A DNA stretch of 64,000 nt from contig CAZOXU010000003.1 of the NCBI GenBank assembly GCA_964583975.1, positions 92,153 through 156,152 on the forward strand, in the 5' to 3' direction. The stretch is from an uncultured Planctomycetales bacterium. Lineage in GTDB: Bacteria > Omnitrophota > Gorgyraeia > Zapsychrales > Fredricksoniimonadaceae. The notes beneath the pieces are model-generated. The model made no database searches. It worked only from the letters and a program-made list of their open reading frames with translations, and had not been told where the DNA came from. The stretch's first letter is position 1; each line of letters opens with the position of its first letter. Both the position numbers and the translations under genes were made by a program. Below are positions 63,001-64,000 of this stretch, in pieces.

Positions 63001-64000
63001 GCTTCCTAAATTGTCCTTACTCTCTCCTCGAGGCACTGTTAAATTTTGAGCCTCATCAAAATAAAATTCGGTGCCCGAGATTGTTCCATCAGCAACCTTC
63101 GCAGGAGCCTTGCCTGAATTAGATGACAGCATCTCAAATAAAGGAATGCTCTGTGATTGGGTAAGATTAATGAGATTGGTATTGGTGTAATTTTGTGTTG
63201 CATTACCATTACCATTACTGTTGAAATTCATCATGTATTGCACATCACCCATTCCTACAATTGAGTTTCCTGAATTGGAAACCAAGAGGGTCTTAAATAC
63301 GGTGGGTTCAGAGGACCTATTGCCTTGGCCTATGGCTTTATCAAATTCTTGGTGTCTTTGATCAATAATTTTGTCTTGGGCAGCTTTATCTAGATTGGGG
63401 AATTGAGCTCGAACTTCTTCATCAATTCTCTTTTCAACTTCCTTTATTCCTTTACCTAAAACCAAATCATAAGAGTTAACATTGAGTTTCAAGCTTCTGT
63501 TGCCTTGCGAATCTTCACTGATAAGCGCCTGGTTTATTGCACCAAGTCCACCCAAATCATCAACTATAGCCCTGTCATTGGATAGAATCATTCCGTTTTG
63601 GGCAATACGTCCGTCGGCTCCATATTCCAAAGAATTAACCTTAAACAAAAGATTAGCGACTCCTTGGTCATCAGCTCGTTTCATAGATGCTTGTGAGATA
63701 AATCCATTACCATTCCATGCTCTGACTCGCCATGCATTGCCACTTAACATGCCATTCTCATCAAATTTAGCTTCGTAATTTCCTTCTTTATCTCTGCCAC
63801 CTTCATAGATTCCTGTGACTCGGTTTCCTTGCAGTTGAACTCCGTAGGTAAACCATGGGTTTACTTCATCGCCATTGTCATTATTCACAGTGACATTTCT
63901 AAAATCTCCAGATAAGCCTACTTGTGGAGATAAAAGGTTTGAAATAATTAAATTAGCTCTTTGTTGGCCATCGGCTGTTACGATACCTTCGGTATTAGAT
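1..64000 (-). CDS. Single giant ORF (>21,300 codons), partial at both ends (N-terminus beyond 64000, C-terminus beyond 1). Multidomain membrane-associated megaprotein with glycoside-hydrolase, muramidase, metallopeptidase, ATPase, kinase-like and cupin modules.
   Basis: Minus-strand frame with codons at plus positions 3k+1..3k+3. Hand translation of 1-1968, 7380-7680, 35221-35640 and 36481-37020, plus about 65 further 60-nt lines spread over the window, showed no tta/cta/tca at codon positions (no TAA/TAG/TGA in sense). All recognisable motifs found (HExxH x6, NEP, Walker A x2, DEIH, lysozyme, PMI) fall in this same frame. The ORF track has minus ORFs only in frames 3k+0 and 3k+2, none in 3k+1, as expected if this frame has no stop in the window. 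Confidence 0.85.
1595..1638. repeat. Hairpin copy of the palindromic element (stems 1597-1607 and 1626-1636, 18-nt loop), in-frame.
   Basis: Stems are 'aattagggaca' and 'tgtccctaatt'. Translation across it reads 'VKIRDNSLNSTLSLISRIVYG'. Confidence 0.75.
1860..2750 (-). other. Class-I phosphomannose-isomerase-like cupin domain, copy 2 ('SLSLQLHP', 'KPELWLVAGEEAP').
   Basis: 2521-2580 gives 'ARRSLSLQLHPKGNHPTRPA'. 2461-2520 gives 'KPELWLVAGEEAPMYIGWNR'. 2401-2460 gives 'NVNWLMLLVARMRRSMQRMV'. C-terminal cupin strand reads '...YVLKGSVEIRSPNGELLDIVKAGEVRILPI'. Confidence 0.55.
5650..6100 (-). other. Pro-rich linker ('PEPQPEAGQPSADKVEAPKPVETKQEAPTVVAPVEPV') followed by a K/E/Q coiled coil ('KDRQDELQKQIQKAQ').
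   Basis: Lines 6001 and 5701 translated. 5701 gives 'QIIQTLKDRQDELQKQIQKA'. Confidence 0.55.
6034..6064. repeat. 31-nt exact repeat 'atcagccgaaggctgaccagcctctggctgg' shared with 36623-36653. Both encode 'QPEAGQPSAD' inside Pro-rich linkers.
   Basis: Identical strings seen at 6034-6064 and 36623-36653. A related 'cagccaaaggctgaccagccactggctgg' sits at about 36680-36708. Confidence 0.8.
6100..6950 (-). other. Beta-rich segment with alternating aromatic/hydrophobic residues ending in '...ALITF' (outer-membrane beta-barrel-like).
   Basis: 6601-6660 gives 'WGLPSIDFSLGGRYSLDYNN'. Context reads 'NAYIPEIWFNVTPISTNLTANYHYFVNDTGAEDWYGKLTF...SDWGALITF'. Confidence 0.35.
6960..7400 (-). other. Charged coiled-coil segment (A/E/K/Q/R-rich).
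   Basis: Reads 'AEQKAQEELQRQAAKAAKEAAEAARLAQEAQYARLAREIE...'. Lines in frame without stops. Confidence 0.5.
7405..7480 (-). other. Predicted transmembrane helix ('IAFALLPITILMTLIYVL').
   Basis: Direct translation of 7381-7500. Confidence 0.6.
7493..7518. repeat. Single-arm copy of the palindromic element ('gaaattggggacagcgccctattttt'), in-frame, encoding '..KNRALSPISS..' just N-terminal to a TM helix.
   Basis: Same 22-mer as at 9864-9885 and 20224-20245. Translation of 7441-7620 gives 'QQAFVTMSSPNVVIGDPGTQVLGSRQKHSGTTSEKNRALSPISSLWRKIAFALLPITILM'. Confidence 0.8.
7798..7812 (-). other. HExxH motif 'HEILH' in context 'LDDLVFAEILEHEILHILNPQESKEKED'.
   Basis: Reverse complement of 7780-7870 translated directly. 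Confidence 0.55.
9863..9950. repeat. Perfect-stem palindromic element (hairpin) embedded in-frame: arms 9864-9885 and 9929-9950 with one mismatch, spacer about 43 nt.
   Basis: Arm 1 is 'aaattggggacagcgccctatt'. Arm 2 is 'aatagggcgctgtccctaattt', its reverse complement. Translation through it is open: 'VKLEIRDSALLLSSHSERSEESDKGNRALSPISSQIPVMP'. Confidence 0.8.
10096..10110 (-). other. HExxH motif 'HEIGH' in context 'MSHEIGHIVGLDEETIQTRDIHRLEQNNT' (HExxHxxGxxD/E, metzincin-like spacing).
   Basis: Reverse complement of 10030-10120 translated directly. Confidence 0.55.
10660..10674 (-). other. HExxH motif 'HEIDH' in context 'LEAVLYHEIDHILGLSEEAIWPRDIERLKRWGKL'.
   Basis: Reverse complement of 10600-10700 translated directly. 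Confidence 0.55.
14400..17900 (-). other. Alpha-helical solenoid (HEAT/ARM-like) region.
   Basis: 16021-16060 gives 'SDTSALAASLYDSRRELIAG'. Extended reading shows repeating about 35-40-aa helical pairs rich in A/L/E/R ('...EVLRAENAYKKSESNELLGQ...', '...LAIKTLYERNKEDPIVISTLALSMGNLDNRARALM...'). Confidence 0.35.
18718..18732 (-). other. HExxH motif 'HELLH' in context 'LTDIRLAEILEHELLHKLNPQGAQQNDE'.
   Basis: Reverse complement of 18700-18790 translated directly. Paralogous to the motif at 7798-7812. Confidence 0.55.
19300..20200 (-). other. Class-I phosphomannose-isomerase-like cupin domain, copy 1 ('PLSIHVHPSD').
   Basis: Plus 19957-19986 is the reverse complement of codons for 'PLSIHVHPSD' (cf. 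ManA 'LSIQVHP'). Context reads 'GKEEAYIIIE...AGDIYRVASGTVHSF'. Confidence 0.5.
20223..20246. repeat. Single-arm copy of the palindromic element ('gaaattagggacagcgccctatta'), in-frame, encoding 'DINRALSLISS'.
   Basis: 20221-20280 translates to 'LKLLQNTRNDDINRALSLIS'. Confidence 0.8.
20413..20427 (-). other. HExxH motif 'HEADH' in context 'VLAHEADHIFGLSEVEVQLHDISRLKEWN'.
   Basis: Reverse complement of 20395-20460 translated directly. In giant-ORF frame. Confidence 0.55.
21830..22750 (-). repeat. Ala/Glu/Arg/Gln-rich coiled-coil tandem repeat array ('EAARLAQEQE..' units, nucleotide periodicity about 60-90 nt).
   Basis: Reverse complement of 21841-22023 translates to 'ARQAEEARLAAEALRLVQEQAARQAEAVRLAQEQEAKQIAEAQAEAARVAAEALRLAQEQ'. 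Recurring DNA words ('cgtaatgcttctgctgc', 'ttgttcttgggctaa(c/t)cg(c/t)actgcctctgc'). The antisense strand carries the spurious Leu-rich plus ORF 22155..22748. Confidence 0.75.
22760..23300 (-). other. Hydrophobic transmembrane segment plus Ser/Pro/Gly linker between the coiled coil and GH5.
   Basis: Reads '...NTLYIVMLVVLGLTSVGLLFWLVIKFLKSRQ...', followed by a 'PAPSAGSTPAAASGS...' linker. Lines 23041 and 22981 open in frame. Confidence 0.45.
23450..24300 (-). other. Glycoside hydrolase family 5 (clan GH-A) catalytic domain.
   Basis: 23881-23940 and 23821-23880 translate to 'RTIKAALENRAKLVVEIMNE'+'PNFDGNFPAWSGRPMSELFT'. 'LVVEIMNEPN' fits the GH5 signature [LIV]-x2-[DNEQG]-[LIVMGST]-x-N-E-[PV]-x around the acid/base Glu. 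The candidate nucleophile context 'KPFYIAEAGEAS' is encoded at 23551-23580. Confidence 0.7.
24400..29500 (-). other. Large polytopic membrane region (many hydrophobic ~20-residue helices interspersed with soluble loops) immediately N-terminal to the GH5 module.
   Basis: 27721-27780 gives 'LTMAAGLTTGIYLLITSRLV'. Other stretches read as 'GLATIAWGVYLTATFTIFTWFVVAPIVIGLAIVLKGLA' and 'IIIFGVASTVLLINSLVFASLMISQIFGVITLLSVPFAF'. Confidence 0.55.
34440..34700 (-). other. Lys/Glu/Ala-rich charged helical (coiled-coil-like) segment.
   Basis: Line 34501 open in frame. Region reads '...IQEAIENIKATKAQEAADKAKEEAKAQAWKQEQAKMAEDAIKATREAEAKLKDQQEQAAKAK...'. Confidence 0.6.
35440..35520 (-). other. Predicted transmembrane helix.
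   Basis: 35461-35523 translates to 'WLAILLGLSTLFVFLTLSLKLQ', preceded by 'VTQEKLQSIKKQTNGGAT'. Confidence 0.6.
35600..36480 (-). other. Ser/Asn/Val/Ala-rich low-complexity segment (possible glycosylated or extended stalk).
   Basis: Translation of 35581-35640 gives 'LKRNSVTTALNLGDGKAIRT'. Upstream text is S/N/V-dominated ('...SVGSNNANEVSSAKVGNSVSSPIGAASGS...'). Confidence 0.5.
36500..36980 (-). other. Pro/Ala/Gly/Val-rich low-complexity linker.
   Basis: Lines 36481-37020 translated in full: e.g. 'TPAPVPGSTPNPGASSAPTV', 'QPEAGQPSAD'. No stop codons. Confidence 0.8.
39800..40800 (-). other. P-loop NTPase region with Walker A 'GAGKST' and a second Walker-A-like 'GQSGQGKNAT' about 290 aa downstream.
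   Basis: 40681-40740 gives 'AFMGAGKSTFAVIAMAMQLR'. 40741-40800 gives 'EFFPTLQEAIASDRKGFLYK'. Plus 39841-39880 is the reverse complement of codons for 'GQSGQGKNATFVD'. Confidence 0.5.
42330..42830 (-). other. Phage/T4-lysozyme-like muramidase domain (GH24-like).
   Basis: Plus 42676-42790 is the reverse complement of 'LTEIHEGWRALMYLDKVGRNDDGTTGVWTVGFGFTG' (cf. T4L '[27 protein letters not shown]'). Plus 42481-42522 is the reverse complement of 'ALSDLVYNMGEGRA' (cf. T4L 'AAINMVFQMGETGVAGF'). Confidence 0.7.
44950..45900 (-). other. Protein-kinase-like / aminoglycoside-phosphotransferase-like fold (catalytic-loop-like 'HLDNFIYQ...VVIIDLGN').
   Basis: Plus 45263-45345 is the reverse complement of codons for 'HLDNFIYQEKTGNVVIIDLGNKRF'. 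The H-x-D-x4-N ... I-D-x-G spacing matches the APH/ePK catalytic and Mg-binding loops. Confidence 0.45.
48750..49150 (-). other. GNAT-like acetyltransferase-fold segment (motif A-like 'HVGIGQAVQGVDLG').
   Basis: Plus 48931-49000 is the exact reverse complement of a stretch coding '...ISHVGIGQAVQGVDLGALLMNI...', followed by 'FEFKNIVLQAPDEDQTAKDLYKTLGF'. Confidence 0.35.
50000..50600 (-). other. Zincin-type metallopeptidase motif HELVHE (HExxH).
   Basis: 50281-50340 translates to 'VFIHELVHEWMKKLVREGTA'. The HExxH sits at about 50316-50330, in the giant-ORF frame. Confidence 0.5.
52650..54350 (-). other. SF2 / SecA-DEAD-like ATPase domain with Walker A 'SGGKT' and motif II 'DEIH'.
   Basis: 54181-54240 gives 'LQMSGGKTVMEGILADQLID' (Walker A about 54215-54230). 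53881-53940 gives 'YLVLGDEIHELVLSVPMITS' (DExH box about 53905-53916). 53821-53880 gives 'SNMSETDILLNMGETGRQNR'. Confidence 0.5.
55900..56750 (-). other. TPR-like helical repeat region.
   Basis: 56341-56400 translates to 'QGKFQEAHNKFDETLRISPE'. The context 'LLEQGKFQEAHNKFDETLRISPENTQARIGKAAALDALNRGSDARRIYQQVYEEAI' shows typical TPR spacing of small and large hydrophobic residues. Confidence 0.5.
57150..58750 (-). other. Gly/Ala-rich hydrophobic region with many GxxxG/A spacings (glycine-zipper-like; possible membrane-inserting or pore-forming module).
   Basis: Translation e.g. 58021-58080 gives 'SFWDRVSTNYSLGEGLRDFG'. Surrounding text includes '...GVGMVAGAALGFGKVGLKNLG...GAYGLIGAIGGGINRASLG...'. 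Confidence 0.4.
59900..63350 (-). repeat. Tandem repeat array inside the giant ORF, period about 810 nt (about 270 aa), at least 4-5 copies. The two central copies are about 85% identical at DNA level. Encodes a repeated 'GSGSATQ(F/Y)YGNTHLTNNTRFDLNLFD(L/V)EG(I/M)RK(I/V)DGKDQKVLIATDT' beta-rich unit.
   Basis: Near-identical DNA blocks, e.g. 60640-60760 vs 61450-61565 ('gtcggtcgcaataagaacc...ttgccataa' vs 'gtcggtagcaatgaggac...ttaccataa'). Diverged copies at about 62260-62450 and about 63100-63300. Line 60001 translated to 'EKNDLTVSLKNEHLVGSGKT'. Confidence 0.6.

Noticed and set aside
68-63778. All plus-strand ORFs in the supplied track (60-197 aa), e.g. 68..484, 15755..16153, 22155..22748 (Leu-rich), 36413..36982 (Gly/Pro-rich).
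   Set aside because: They are antisense to a continuously open, motif-rich minus-strand frame. Their odd compositions (poly-Leu, Gly/Pro) are mirror images of the Ala/Glu coiled coil and Pro-rich linker on the coding strand. None shows a convincing start context.
1-64000. Alternative genetic code (e.g. TGA/TAG reassignment) to explain why the ORF track shows no long ORFs in an obviously coding window.
   Set aside because: Standard-code translation of the minus frame is completely open where tested, so no reassignment is needed. The track most likely reports only ORFs with both ends inside the window.
1-64000. Interpretation as an operon of many ordinary genes (peptidase, lysozyme, GH5, ATPases) on the minus strand.
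   Set aside because: No in-frame stop separates any of the modules in the sampled regions. All motifs share one frame, and the ORF track shows no frame-1 minus ORFs, so a single fused ORF is the more economical reading. This still needs a full computational check.
1-64000. rRNA, tRNA, CRISPR arrays, transposase/integrase genes.
   Set aside because: I saw no direct-repeat/spacer periodicity, no tRNA-like cloverleaf segments and no transposase-like translated stretches. The only repetitive DNA is intragenic (tandem protein repeats and the short palindromic element).

Overview
The whole 64-kb window appears to lie inside one uninterrupted open reading frame on the minus strand, with both ends outside the window. 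That implies a protein of more than 21,000 aa. Codons occupy plus-strand positions 3k+1..3k+3. I translated about 65 scattered 60-nt lines by hand (about 1,300 codons) plus several multi-hundred-codon stretches (1-1968, 7380-7680, 35221-35640, 36481-37020) and found no standard-code stop in this frame. The supplied ORF track lists minus-strand ORFs only in the other two frames. Every plus-strand ORF in the track (longest 197 aa) looks like antisense noise. No rRNA, tRNA, CRISPR array or conventional intergenic region was recognised.

The megaprotein is a mosaic. Reading N to C (high to low coordinates) it contains: about 810-nt tandem repeats; a Gly-rich hydrophobic (glycine-zipper-like) region; TPR-like repeats; a SecA/SF2-like ATPase with a DEIH box; an HELVHE zincin motif; a GNAT-like fold; a kinase-like fold (HxDN...IDLGN); a T4-lysozyme-like (GH24) muramidase; a P-loop NTPase (GAGKST); a Pro-rich linker; a large polytopic membrane region; a GH5 glycoside hydrolase with a perfect 'LVVEIMNEPN' signature; an Ala/Glu coiled-coil repeat array; five further HExxH peptidase-like motifs; two class-I phosphomannose-isomerase-like cupin domains; an alpha-solenoid region; and a beta-barrel-like segment.

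Four copies of a 22-24-nt palindromic element (two of them as full hairpins) sit in-frame inside the ORF, reminiscent of Rickettsia palindromic elements. Together they suggest a giant, membrane-anchored, multi-enzyme protein aimed at a cell envelope (muramidase + glycanase + peptidases + ATPases). It resembles the giant genes reported in Omnitrophota-type predatory or epibiotic bacteria, but I cannot assign a taxon from sequence alone.

All domain coordinates come from hand translation and are approximate (about ±100 nt).
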